DNA of 59,675 nucleotides, counting the filler. It is 9 parts of 9 records of this genome, joined end to end, with 100 filler letters (N's around TTAATTAATTAA, not from the genome) between each part and the next. Parts side by side here need not be neighbours in the genome. Positions count along the whole stretch, not along the records: positions 6,099 to 12,993 come from SRR31156797_92951; positions 13,094 to 20,118 come from SRR31156797_93067; 7 more parts are not named here. One strand, written 5' to 3'. Below the pieces are notes generated by a model, which was not told where the DNA came from, ran no database searches, and saw nothing but the letters and a program-made list of their open reading frames with translations. Of the stretch, positions 9,284-20,218 are shown one piece after another. Positions within the stretch are counted from its first letter, which is position 1, and each line of letters starts with the position of its first letter. A program made the position numbers and the translations under genes.

Positions 9284-12200
9284 ATGAATTTGACCAGCAA
9301 ACCCACCGAGAGACGTAACTTTTCTAGGATTCAGAAGGTAATAGATATCCCTGATCTTATTGAAGTTCAAAGAGATTCTTATGTAGATTTCCTTCAAGTC
9401 GGATATGCTCCAGACGAGCGTATTGTTAAAGGACTTGAGGAAGTCTTTCAGGAAATTTTCCCGATTACCGATTTTAATGAAACTGCGGTTTTAGAGTATA
9501 TCAGCTATAGTATTGAAAAATATAAGTATACTCCCGGTGAGGCGATAGATCGCAGCACTACATTCGCTGCACCACTTAAGATAAAAGTAAGACTGGTAAC
9601 TTACGATGTAAATGAAGAGACAGGCGAAAAGATGGTAGCTTCTGCTAAGGAATCTGAGGTTTATCTTTGCGATATTCCTATGATGACCGACAGAGGTACT
9701 TTTGTTATCAACGGCGTAGAGAGGGTTATCGTTAACCAGCTCCACCGTTCACCTGGTATCTTCTTCGAAGACCTTACAGCTTCTAAAGGTGTAATGGAAA
9801 AGCACTTATTTAGCGCAAGAATAATCCCTTATAGGGGTTCATGGATAGATTTCGACTTCGACTCTAAAAACATAATGTATGTTAGGATCGACAAGAAACG
9901 TAAGATTCCTGTCACAGTTCTGCTTAAAGCCCTCGGCTACACAGAGCAGGAGATCCTGGACGAATATTATACAAAAGAGCTCGTTAATTTTGGTGATGGA
10001 GATAAACTCCTTAAAAGCTTTAACGAAGAAATTATCCTCGGTACACGTAACTCTCAGGACATCGTGGACAAAGAAGGTAATGTTGTTGTTAAGGCTAACC
10101 ATAAAATAACAAAGGCTGCCAGAAAGAGACTTGTAAAGGCTGAGGTAACTCAGATTCCTATTACTCTTGAAGATATAGAGCACACATTTTTCGCTGAAGA
10201 TGTTGTTAGTGCGGACGGTGAAGTAGTCATCGAAGCCAACACTGCTGTTACAGAAGAGATGATGGAGCGCCTTCAGGAGAATAGCATAAAAGAGTTCCAG
10301 ATACTTTTCATCGATAGGCTCACATCAGACTCTATCATGAGAGACATCCTCGCAGTGGACAAGGTTAAGACTGAGGAAGAGGCTCTTATAGACATCTATA
10401 AGAAACTCCGCCCGGGCGAGCCAGCTACTGAGGACACAGCGAAAACTCTTTTTGACAACCTTTTCTTTAATCCGAAAAGATACGACCTCTCTAAAGTTGG
10501 TCGTCTTAAAATAAATAAGCGTCTTGGTCTTGAAGTAGACCTCGACACTACTACTCTTACTAAAGAGGATATCGTTGAAACTGTACGTGTTCTTGAGAAC
10601 ATCCGTAAGTCCCTCGATAAGGTTGATGATATCGACCACCTCGGACACAGAAGAGTAAGAGCGGCTGGCGAGCAGCTTCAAAACCACATCCGCATCGGTC
10701 TCTCCAGAATGGAGAAGACAGTAAAAGAGAGAATGAGCATTCAGGACTTAGAAGACCTTACACCACAAGATCTTCTTAACGCTAAGCCGCTCTCAGCGTC
10801 TATCAAAGAATTCTTCGGAAGCTACCAGCTTTCACAGTTTATGGACCAGACTAACCCACTCTCTGAGATCACTCACAAGAGAAGGCTGTCTGCTCTCGGA
10901 CCTGGTGGTCTGAACCGTGATAGAGCCGGCTTCGAAGTAAGAGACGTGCATACATCTCACTACGGACGTATCTGTCCGATTGAAACACCGGAAGGACCGA
11001 ACATCGGTCTTATCACATCCCTTACTACATTTGCTAAAGTGAATGAGTTCGGATTTATCGAAACACCTTACAGAAAAGTAGCTGACGGTGTTGTTTCCGG
11101 TGATGTTGTTTACATGTCCGCTATTGAGGAAGAGGACTACTATGTAGCTCAGGCGAACGCACCGCTTAATCCTGATGGAACATTCATCAGGGATTTCGTT
11201 GCTGCGAGACACCAGGGTGAATCACTCCTCACTCCTAATAACACTATCCAGTATATGGATATTTCACCTAAGCAGATTGTTTCTGTTTCAGCGGCTCTCA
11301 TCCCATTCCTTGAGCACGACGACGCGAACCGTGCGCTCATGGGATCAAACATGCAGCGTCAGGCTGTTCCGCTTGTTCGTACTGACTCACCTATCGTGGG
11401 TACAGGTATGGAAGGGAAAGTTGCTGTAGACTCTGGTGCAGTTATCACTGCTAAGAGAGCAGGTGTTATCGAATACATAGACTCAGCAAAGATCGCAGTA
11501 AGATACGAAGACGGCGACGACTTCGGTCTTGATGTTTACGATCTTGTTAAATACAGAAGATCAAACCAGGACACATGCATTAACTATAAGCCTATCGTTA
11601 AACCGGGCGAAAAAGTTAGAGTCGGCTCAATGCTTGCCGGCGGACCTGCTACTGATAACGGTGAGCTTGCTCTCGGTCAGAACATGGTTCTCGCATTCAT
11701 GCCTTGGATGGGCTACAACTACGAGGACTCCATCCTCATCTCTGAGAACGTAGTAAAAGAGGACAGATACACATCTATCCACATTGAAGAGTTCGAGATT
11801 GAGGCGAGAGATACTAAGCTTGGACCTGAAGAGATCACAGCGGATATCCCTAACGTTTCAGACGAGGCTCTTAAAGACCTCGATGAATCAGGTATCATCC
11901 GTATCGGTGCAAGGGTTAGACCTAGAGATATTCTTGTCGGTAAGGTAACTCCTAAAGGTGAAACACAGGCAACTCCGGAAGAGAAACTCCTTAGAGCTAT
12001 CTTCGGTGAGAAGGCTGGAGATGTAAAAGACGCATCACTCAGAGTTCCACCTAGTATCACAGGTACTGTCGTTGACGTACAGGTGATGACAAGAAGAGGC
12101 ATCGAGAAAGATTCCAGAACTGAGATTATCGAATCTGAAGAGTACACAGCTATTCAGAAAGACTACGAGAGAGAGCTTAAAGCTCTTGAGAAGTCGAGAA

Positions 12201-12993
12201 ACGATATGATCGGTGCTTTCCTCGTTGGAAAGAAACTTAAAGCTGAATACTCTAATAATGAAGTCAACTTTGCGAAGGGAACTGAAGTCACTGAAGAAGT
12301 GCTTAAAGACCTTCTCTACACTGACCTCATTCAGATAGAAGTTGAAGATCAGTCAGCTTTCGAAGCTAACATTCAGGAAGTAAACGGCAGATACTTTGAA
12401 AAGGTAAATGCTGCTGAAGATTACTATAAAGATAAGAAACGCAAAGTTGAGAAGGGCGACGAGCTCCCGGCTGGCGTTCTCAAATCTGTAAAAGTATATG
12501 TGGCTATCAAAAGAAAGCTCTCTGTTGGTGATAAGATGGCTGGACGACACGGTAACAAAGGTGTTGTTTCAAGAATCCTTAACGCTGAGGACATGCCATA
12601 CCTTCCAGACGGTACACCAGTTGACGTTGTAATGAACCCGCTTGCGGTTCCTTCTCGTATGAACGTTGGTCAGGTTCTTGAGGTTCACCTCGGATGGGCA
12701 GGACGTAAACTTAAGAAGAAAGTAGCAACTGAGGTATTTGATGGAGCACGTGAAGCGGACATCAAAGAGATGCTTGTTGAAGCCGGATTCCAGGAAGACG
12801 GTCAGACAATACTTTACGATGGACGTACAGGTGAGCGTTTTGAGCAGGAAGTTACAGTTGGTGTCATGTACATACTGAAGCTTCACCACCTTGTTGATAC
12901 GAAACTTCACGCACGTTCGACCGGACCATACTCCCTCGTTACCCAGCAGCCGCTCGGTGGTAAGGCTCAGTTCGGTGGACAGAGACTTGGAGA
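9284..12993 (+). CDS. rpoB: DNA-directed RNA polymerase subunit beta (3' truncated)
   Basis: [76 protein letters not shown]. The start at 9284 follows GGAAGGTG. Confidence 0.99.
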
Positions 12994-13093
12994 NNNNNNN
13001 NNNNNNNNNNNNNNNNNNNNNNNNNNNNNNNNNNNNNTTAATTAATTAANNNNNNNNNNNNNNNNNNNNNNNNNNNNNNNNNNNNNNNNNNNN
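12994..13093. other. Artificial contig spacer
   Basis: N-run, TTAATTAATTAA, N-run. Confidence 0.99.
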
Positions 13094-13153
13094 GAGTTGC
13101 CCCGTCTCTGGTTTTCAAGACCAGCGCATTAAACCGAGCTCTGCCACCTCTCC
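13094..13153 (-). tRNA. trnS: tRNA-Ser(TGA), 3' truncated
   Basis: Reverse complement GGAGAGGTGGCAGAGCTCGGTTTAATGCG-CTGGT-CT-TGA-AA-ACCAG followed by the start of a long variable arm. Confidence 0.9.
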
Positions 13154-13361
13154 GCATGAGGACGATATTGTCTGGCAACATCGCTTTGCAGGAAACAGGT
13201 TGTAGAAACCACGCCCTTGAATGTCAAGGCTGAAAAGAAAATTGATCAAAAGATGTCGATTTAATAACGACAAAAAAAGTATGACGGACTGTTTGACACC
13301 CTTTATTGCTTCCCGTATTGAGAGATTGTATCGAAATTCAAACAAACCGACGGGATATATT

Positions 13362-13790
13362 ATGAAAGCCCCGCAAGATGTTTTTGCAGAATATCTGGCT
13401 AATGAAAATCTCAAGATGACGCCGCAACGCAGGCTCATTCTGGACACCCTTCTGAAACATGATAATCATCTGTCGTCAGAAGAACTTTACGCCAAAGTTA
13501 AAAAACGAGACAATTCAGTAGGTCAGGCCACGGTCTATCGCACACTCAAACTTCTGAGTGACTCGGGACTGGTCGAACCGCTGGACTTTGCCGACGGCGT
13601 TACCCGGTATGAAGCAAGCTACGGCAAAGATCATCACGATCATCTCATCTGTGAAAGATGTGGAAAAAACATTGAGATTCTGGACGACGTCATTGAACAG
13701 CGTCAGGAACAACTTGCCAAAAAGCATGGTTTCACCCTACTTCGCCACAAGATGTATCTGTATGGTCTCTGCTCTGATTGCAAAAAGTAG
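13362..13790 (+). CDS. fur: Fur family transcriptional regulator
   Basis: KMTPQRRLIL, GQATVYRTLKLL, HHDHLICERCG, C-terminal GLCSDC. The likely start is MKAPQ at 13362. Confidence 0.93.
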   Translation: MKAPQDVFAEYLANENLKMTPQRRLILDTLLKHDNHLSSEELYAKVKKRDNSVGQATVYRTLKLLSDSGLVEPLDFADGVTRYEASYGKDHHDHLICERCGKNIEILDDVIEQRQEQLAKKHGFTLLRHKMYLYGLCSDCKK

Positions 13791-13814
13791 CAACGTGCCA
13801 GATTTTTATTTTTG

Positions 13815-14801
13815 TTAGTCTTGTAGCTGGGAAAGAAATTTTCCAAGCGACTGGATGCCACCATCAACAGGATGCCAAGTATAACGGCTACCGACAGGTT
13901 CGCCTTCTGAGGTAAACTGTACCCCCAGCCCGATGGCCCCACCTCTGCCTGAAAAACGGCTACGAATAGTACCCAATGCCGTAAAATACGTGTATTTCTT
14001 TGTCTTGGGGTTCCAAATACTGACTCGAAGTACCAACTGACTTCCCTTTTGCAACGGCGGCAAGGGATTCTTGGGGTTCACCACATACATTCGCATACCC
14101 CCAGCCGAGATATTTTCTACGGCCAAACGAGTATATTCTCCATAAAGTGCAGGATTATTTACCGTTTGCAATTCAGGACGCATCATCCAGAATGTATTTG
14201 CCTTACGCCCACTCCACATCTTGACACGAACAGTTCCTTCACGAGCCACACGCTGCCGGGCGTGTTGTCTCCGAATAATATACTTATACCGAATAGGCGT
14301 CATCAACGACAATTCCTTGATCACAATCCCACGGCGTTCCATATGGCTGATAAATGTAACAAATGCATTGATTCGTTTGCCTGAATACGCAAAGGGCTTC
14401 ATCAAGCAAATGACACGAGCACTTTTCAATTTGGCGACCACAGGGCTGGTGTCAAGCAACTGTAACCCAATTTTGCCACCAGTCACATCTATCACACGGG
14501 CACTGCACAGCCGACGCCCGACGCCTTCATCGGAATATAAACAAACTTCAAGGACAACACCCCGTGAGACAAAATAATTCTCAATGATCTTCCGATGTCG
14601 TGAAAACAGGACCCGCGTAACAAACCGAGCTGCAGAAAAAATGATCCTTCGACGGTATCGCCATAAGACAATGACCAAAACCATAGGCACAAGCACTGAC
14701 AATGCCTGGGTAAAAAATCCCATGACATCCAGGTTGCCTGTTCCGCCAAAGGTACGCTGTACCTCATGCAGATAATTGGATCGGACCATATAATTAATCA
14801 T
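13815..14801 (-). CDS. Membrane-anchored PilZ-domain protein
   Basis: N-terminal TM helix; c-di-GMP-binding motifs RRQHARQR (RxxxR) and NISAGG; GLGVQF. The start is uncertain. Confidence 0.7.
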   Translation of the reverse strand: MINYMVRSNYLHEVQRTFGGTGNLDVMGFFTQALSVLVPMVLVIVLWRYRRRIIFSAARFVTRVLFSRHRKIIENYFVSRGVVLEVCLYSDEGVGRRLCSARVIDVTGGKIGLQLLDTSPVVAKLKSARVICLMKPFAYSGKRINAFVTFISHMERRGIVIKELSLMTPIRYKYIIRRQHARQRVAREGTVRVKMWSGRKANTFWMMRPELQTVNNPALYGEYTRLAVENISAGGMRMYVVNPKNPLPPLQKGSQLVLRVSIWNPKTKKYTYFTALGTIRSRFSGRGGAIGLGVQFTSEGEPVGSRYTWHPVDGGIQSLGKFLSQLQD

Positions 14802-14888
14802 CTTCCTACCGAAAGCTTTTCAACAAATTGACGCGAATATACCGTAAGCATAAGTTATTGCAAATTCAATACCTCCACAATGACTTAC

Positions 14889-14924
14889 AAAAAAAAGCCT
14901 GCGACCAATTTCTGACCACAGGCT
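14889..14924 (-). terminator. Rho-independent terminator for the minus-strand YcgR-like gene
   Basis: AGCCTG...CAGGCT stem preceded by an A-run on + (U-tract on -). Confidence 0.55.
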
Positions 14925-14952
14925 CATGACTCTTCATGCGATTCGAATCGAC

Positions 14953-15630
14953 TTAATTTGACAACATCTCCAGATACCGCCCTATTTGCTCATAAGAATC
15001 CCCTGTCGAATCAAATTCAACACCATAGCTTAATATATTGTCTTCCTGAAACATGCCCTTAACTGTACACGTAAGCTCGATTTCCCCGAGGCCAGACAAA
15101 CTGAAGACGAGTTGAACCTTTTCATCCAAAGAAATATGCTCTTTATCCTTGAGACTGGCCTGATGCACGGTAAGACTGCATCCCCCCGAACTGATATCGT
15201 CAATAAGACAATAATAATGAGCTTCATCATTAAACATGCGAGCAGGCGTCCTGCATGCAAAACGCTTATATGCACGAAACTCAAACGACTCGATTTCACT
15301 GGGGTATTTGAGATACATAATAGGTGCAGGATCGTAATGAACCTGAAGTATCTCGGAATAAAATCCGTAAACAGTCCCTTCATTCACGAACTTCACAATC
15401 ACTGTAGACCCAGGAACATAACGCGCCCGATGGCCGATAACTAACGGAATTTCAAGAATCAAATAATTATATTCACTTAAACCGACGATACGGCCGCTGA
15501 GCTTCTCCTCTTCAAATATCTTGCTCACATGCACACTGGCACCATAATAAATGGAATGGTCTGCCCAGTGCTCGCGGTTTACCTTGAATTCCTCGTCTTT
15601 TTTAGCGCTGTCTGTCTTTGAATTTGACAT
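14953..15630 (-). CDS. Flagellar brake / YcgR-like PilZ protein
   Basis: N-terminal PilZN-like barrel (GTVYGFYSEI, LKYP), RAYKRF (RxxxR), DISSGG, YGVEF. Confidence 0.85.
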   Translation of the reverse strand: MSNSKTDSAKKDEEFKVNREHWADHSIYYGASVHVSKIFEEEKLSGRIVGLSEYNYLILEIPLVIGHRARYVPGSTVIVKFVNEGTVYGFYSEILQVHYDPAPIMYLKYPSEIESFEFRAYKRFACRTPARMFNDEAHYYCLIDDISSGGCSLTVHQASLKDKEHISLDEKVQLVFSLSGLGEIELTCTVKGMFQEDNILSYGVEFDSTGDSYEQIGRYLEMLSN

Positions 15631-15973
15631 GATCCCCCATCACAACGGTTCTCCCCACCCTAAAGACACCCTTTGGAAACTCCACCCGGTATTTGTACCA
15701 AACGCCAGCATATATCTCCATAGGAAATAATCCCGACATATGTATAACGTCCGCCCCTTTACCTTCTCAGTGAATATTCATACAATATTTCTTATCCTAT
15801 ACGGAGATAAAAAATAAAACCATTTCAAGACAAACAATTGATCATGACTAATCCTATTTAAGCATGAAACGCATCAAAACGTACGCCGACAGTCGATCCT
15901 TTACGTATGATCCTTGATGAGTAACCATGCCCGATAATTTTCCGAACGGACGTAAAACGTCAAAGAATATCCA

Positions 15974-16642
15974 ATGAAACAACCTGGAGCAATCCTTTTC
16001 GACATGGACGGAGTTCTCTTCGACTCCGAACCCATCCACGAAAAAATTTTCATCGAGTATGCCGCAGAACTCGGCGTCGTCTGTCCACCTAAAGAATACC
16101 GCCAGCTCATCGGTACTTCCAGTGTCAGCCAATGGCAGGTCATGAAAGAGAAATATAATCTGAAAGACACACCGCAAAAGATGTCGGAAGCCAAAATGGA
16201 GCATTACAAGAGTTTTCTCGGTGCGACCAAAGGGTTGCAACCCATTCCCGGCATAACCTCACTTATTGCTGACCTCAAAGCACACAACATCCCCTTTGCC
16301 TTGGCCTCTTCCAACACAACAGACGTGATCGAAGCGACGTTGCGAGCCATCGGTCTGGACACAACCATCACGACCATCGTAGGCGGCAATGATGTCAAAC
16401 AGGCCAAACCAGCCCCGGACATCTTCCTATTGGCCGCGAAAAAACTTGGTGTTTCTCCTGCAAACTGCGTTGTTATCGAAGACTCGACCCATGGTGTATT
16501 GGCCGCTAAAAATGCAGGCATGCGCTGCCTTGGTTTCGATAACCCCAACTCACCGGGACAGGTGCTCACCAAAGCCAATATTAGCCTCTCCAGCCTAAAA
16601 GGATTGACTGTCGAAAACCTGAAGACAACCCTTTTTAAATAA
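15974..16642 (+). CDS. HAD-superfamily phosphatase (beta-phosphoglucomutase-like)
   Basis: FDMDGVLFDSEP, KPAPDIF, VIEDSTHG. Confidence 0.93.
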   Translation: MKQPGAILFDMDGVLFDSEPIHEKIFIEYAAELGVVCPPKEYRQLIGTSSVSQWQVMKEKYNLKDTPQKMSEAKMEHYKSFLGATKGLQPIPGITSLIADLKAHNIPFALASSNTTDVIEATLRAIGLDTTITTIVGGNDVKQAKPAPDIFLLAAKKLGVSPANCVVIEDSTHGVLAAKNAGMRCLGFDNPNSPGQVLTKANISLSSLKGLTVENLKTTLFK

Positions 16643-16801
16643 TTAATTATAAATATAAATACTAAAAATACGATGTATACTAATTAGTACAAACAGCTGA
16701 AATTCATTTTAAAAGACATATAGTCATTACCCTTCATCAGCTCACCCCGTTGACCAAACACATGAAATACAGTAATCACTACTAGGTCAACAGGAGATAC
16801 T

Positions 16802-18067
16802 ATGACACGTGATATAGATACTGAGACAGCCCCCAGCAACCACACACTTCCCATGCAGGATCTGCGCAGTTTTGTGGACGATTTCCCTGCTCTCCTTTGG
16901 CGAATAGAAATAGCCAGATCGCGTATCGAATTCCTCAACGACTACTCCCTGCACCCTCTTGGTGACAGCGCCCGATTATTTCTAAAAAACATCTCGTTCA
17001 GAAAACAAATGCTTCTGCCTGAAGACGCGCATCTTCTTGATGTTTTCTTTGAAGCTGTGCGGGAAGGCCGGACCATGGCGACAGTCTTTCGGGTACACAC
17101 TCCAGCTGACGGAATAATGTGGCTCAAATTGACCGGTGCTGTGAACTCGTCCGATCCTCGATATTATTACGGTTATCTTCTGGATGTTGGTGATACCGTT
17201 GATGTTATCCGCGATATCCAAAAAACAGACGCAGAATCACGACTCCGCATCGATAACGTACCAACTCCTGTCATCCTGATGAACCATCAATCACTCAGAA
17301 TCAAACAAGCCAACGCGGCGGCCCGTGATCTTTTCGCTCTGCCGCGAGCCATGAATGGTCTGCTCCCCCATTTTACGGAGATATCACCCAAGACCAACGA
17401 CGATATCATGGAATCAATTCTACAGGACCTGCCTAATCGCCCATGGAACGGCACACTTGATCTCTGTTCAGCCCAAGGTGAGCCACTCAAGGCCAACGTT
17501 GAATTCCAGTGGGTACCATGGAAGCAAAGCGCCTTGATTCGGGTTTCCGCATTACCAATTTGCATAGGAAAAGAAAAAACATCAAAGGCCCAACCAGAAA
17601 ACACACGGGCAATATTTAATGAAGCCGCAAACATTTCAGACATGCTCAGGCGTGTCCTTGAACTGCCCGAAATAGGTAAGCGGTGCAATGCCGTCATGCT
17701 TTCCGACATTCAAACCCGCAGAAAAACCGTTGTCGTAACAGGCGTTGGAGCTCCGCTGGCAGACATGACCCCTGGTGAAAAATTTTCTTACAAAGGGACC
17801 ATCGCCGAAGATATTGCGCGCTTCAAAATCGACCATCTTGTGGTGGATGACACTCTCGACAGCATCAAACCCATTGATTGGGCACTGTTTATTCCGCGTG
17901 GTATTCGCTCTTATTATGCCAAACCATATTATGAAAAAGACACTCTACGAACGGTACTGATCCTTTGTTCGACCGAGCCCAACCGCTTTGTGGATTTCGA
18001 TGCCAAGGCCTTCGACTCCATTCTCACACCGCTCAATGACGCCATCGCAAGCAAACGAAAAAAATAA
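16802..18067 (+). CDS. PAS/PAS/GAF-type sensory protein with no recognisable output domain
   Basis: PAS-like segments (FRVHTPADGIMWLKLTG, ANAAARDLF) and a GAF-like C-terminus (PRGIRSYYAKP...VLILCSTEPNRF). No GGDEF, EAL or H-box seen. Confidence 0.6.
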   Translation: MTRDIDTETAPSNHTLPMQDLRSFVDDFPALLWRIEIARSRIEFLNDYSLHPLGDSARLFLKNISFRKQMLLPEDAHLLDVFFEAVREGRTMATVFRVHTPADGIMWLKLTGAVNSSDPRYYYGYLLDVGDTVDVIRDIQKTDAESRLRIDNVPTPVILMNHQSLRIKQANAAARDLFALPRAMNGLLPHFTEISPKTNDDIMESILQDLPNRPWNGTLDLCSAQGEPLKANVEFQWVPWKQSALIRVSALPICIGKEKTSKAQPENTRAIFNEAANISDMLRRVLELPEIGKRCNAVMLSDIQTRRKTVVVTGVGAPLADMTPGEKFSYKGTIAEDIARFKIDHLVVDDTLDSIKPIDWALFIPRGIRSYYAKPYYEKDTLRTVLILCSTEPNRFVDFDAKAFDSILTPLNDAIASKRKK

Positions 18068-18145
18068 CTCCACCCCTCCATACGTTCACGCCTCCCTGCG
18101 ACATCGCCCAATGAATCTCCATTGAGCGATGCTTTGCCATTGTAA

Positions 18146-18298
18146 ATCGGTCATACCAAAAAACGATACCCGCCCCCTTGATTGGTTCTACCAATTCGCA
18201 TATTGGTTTAGTAATAAGTATAAATTGGTTCGTTTTGTCCTGATTTACACATTTTTGTTGGCTGCAATGTGGTGAGGCAGCTAATTGGTAACTCCAAT
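18146..18298. promoter_or_regulatory. Cluster of FadR-subfamily (GntR) operator boxes
   Basis: ATTGGT-TCT-ACCAAT (18181-18195, perfect), ATTGGT-AAC-TCCAAT (18284-18298) and ATCGGT-CAT-ACCAAA (18146-18160) match the PdhR/LldR-type TTGGT-N3-ACCAA palindrome; all lie upstream of a FadR-type gene. Confidence 0.7.
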
Positions 18299-18335
18299 AG
18301 GCGCACAAAAAACGCGCAAAGGCGGCAAGTGTCAC

Positions 18336-19091
18336 ATGAGAAAGAAAGAGTTGGCTCTCAAAAAACTCGGTCAGATCATTCAAGACATGGAACTCAAGAC
18401 CGGCGACCGACTCCCCCCGGAACGCAGGCTTGTGAGTTTGCTTGACGTCAGTCGAAACACACTTCGCGGCATCCTGCATTCACTGGAGGCACGAGGACTG
18501 GTTTCCATCCGCCCCGGAAGCGGTTGCTATCTTCGCGTTGGCATCTCCCCCGCCCACGACAATCCACTCGATCTCAATCTCAGCCCGGAAAAGGCCATGG
18601 CCGACCAATTGGAAGCGGCATTCATGCTCCTGCCCGTAGTGGCGGAACATGCAGCCCATCATATCGGGGCACGCCACCTTGAAGAACTCAAACAATGCAG
18701 CGTCAACATCTCCCGTTCCATCTTTCAAAAATCAGCAGAACGGGTCTGGAACGAAAGCCTGACGTTTTTCCGACTGGTAGCCGTGGGTACCGGCAACGAT
18801 TTTCTGGTGCGCACGGTCGAACAGGTCTGCTCCACCGACATGGCAACCTACAACATTTTTTTCACTCTACGCCGCGAAGAGCGTGAAGCAATATTCGCAG
18901 ACCACATAAAACTGCTGCACGCGCTACAAGCTCGTGATGGGGAATGGGCACGCTCCATCACTGCCAATTATTTTCTGAGAATGTGCGACATTCTCGAAGA
19001 ACGCGAACAAGTGCCCATGACTGATCTGGTGTACCGCTCCCTCAGGGAAAAAGCGGAACAGGAAGAAGGGAATACAGTATGGCGGACATGA
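18336..19091 (+). CDS. FadR/GntR family transcriptional regulator
   Basis: GDRLPPERRL, VSRNTLR, RPGSGCY wHTH plus an FCD-like C-terminal domain (DHIKLLHALQARDG). Confidence 0.9.
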   Translation: MRKKELALKKLGQIIQDMELKTGDRLPPERRLVSLLDVSRNTLRGILHSLEARGLVSIRPGSGCYLRVGISPAHDNPLDLNLSPEKAMADQLEAAFMLLPVVAEHAAHHIGARHLEELKQCSVNISRSIFQKSAERVWNESLTFFRLVAVGTGNDFLVRTVEQVCSTDMATYNIFFTLRREEREAIFADHIKLLHALQARDGEWARSITANYFLRMCDILEEREQVPMTDLVYRSLREKAEQEEGNTVWRT

Positions 19092-19357
19092 CACGCAGAC
19101 AACTTTTCAGGGGAAGTTTCAAGGCTGGGCAGCGTGTAGCTGCCGTAGCTACGGGCGAAAAACAACCAACGCCAAAGGACATAAAACGTCCAAGAATGGA
19201 GTTGGAGTCCATCGCAAGCGACTTTCCTCCGGAATTGCTTTCTATGGAAGCAGAACGATTAGGACTGGACCCGGATTCACCGGACCGCGAAGCCCTGCTC
19301 ACGGCCGTATATGAGGCCATGACAGGAACACACGATCCGGGAAAATCCGGGAGGTAA
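19079..19357 (+). CDS. Small hypothetical protein with an N-terminal RR motif
   Basis: Overlaps the GntR stop; TRRQLF is not followed by a hydrophobic h-region; ordered-looking DFPPELLSMEAERLGLDP core. Confidence 0.65.
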   Translation: MADMTRRQLFRGSFKAGQRVAAVATGEKQPTPKDIKRPRMELESIASDFPPELLSMEAERLGLDPDSPDREALLTAVYEAMTGTHDPGKSGR

Positions 19358-19418
19358 CCGAACAACCGGGGAAATGGGGTGGGGCCCATATCCCGGAACC
19401 CCTCAAGAGGAGGCTAGA

Positions 19419-20118
19419 ATGGAACGGTTTGGCGAAGGCTACTTGGAAGAACGCAAGCTCGTCAAGCGCTGGTCGGGGCCTGTCCCTGCACTGGTCAGCT
19501 TGGTACTGACGCTCGGTATCTTCTATCTCACATGGTGGATTTTTCAGGACCCGCGCGGCATCATGCGTATGTACACTCCGTACGTGGGGTACATGTACTG
19601 CCGTTGGTGGCTGATCATGATGATCTGGATGGTTTACATCTTCAACTTCTGGCCTTTCAAGCGCAAATGGCTCGAAACCACACATCCACTGGTCAAGGGG
19701 GTAATTCTGACCACGATCTCGGTGGTTATTCTGGTCGCGCTCATCAAGGGCTTTTTCGAAGGTCTGCTTGGCAACTACGGCCTTGCATACTTCAACCCGG
19801 AACAGCTTGAAAAGCTCCCCGGCGTCACCAGTTTCTTTGCAATCGAATACTCGGCTCTGGCCGTTCTCATGTTCGCAGCTATTGCCAGTTGGCTCTCGCC
19901 TGCATGGGTCGTCGCCTTTGAAGAGGCTCCGTGGCAAAAGATGAAGCAACCAGCCAAGGGATTCTCCATCCTGATACTGACCTTCTTCCTGTCCACAATA
20001 GTTTACTTCGTCACCATGCATCCGCACATGGGTATTCTGTATCACCCGTGGCAGTACTTCACATCCATCGCCCCGCCATATTGGGAACAATTCGCGGACA
20101 CCGTATCCGGCAACTTCC
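19419..20118 (+). CDS. Polytopic Trp/Tyr-rich membrane protein, putative transporter (3' truncated)
   Basis: GAGGAGG RBS before MERFGEG; at least 5 TM helices; repeated WPF/APW motifs. Confidence 0.7.
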
Positions 20119-20218
20119 NNNNNNNNNNNNNNNNNNNNNNNNNNNNNNNNNNNNNNNNNNNNTTAATTAATTAANNNNNNNNNNNNNNNNNNNNNNNNNN
20201 NNNNNNNNNNNNNNNNNN
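20119..20218. other. Artificial contig spacer
   Basis: N-run, TTAATTAATTAA, N-run. Confidence 0.99.

Noticed and set aside
13221-13361. N-terminal extensions given by the ORF track for Fur (and similarly RpoB, ROK, CbiO, LysR, DctP, DctQ)
   Set aside because: Downstream starts fit family lengths and, in several cases, a clear RBS. Unlike the DctM extension, these show no domain-like sequence.
19299-20090. 263-aa minus-strand ORF
   Set aside because: Antisense to the membrane protein gene, which has the RBS and operon context.
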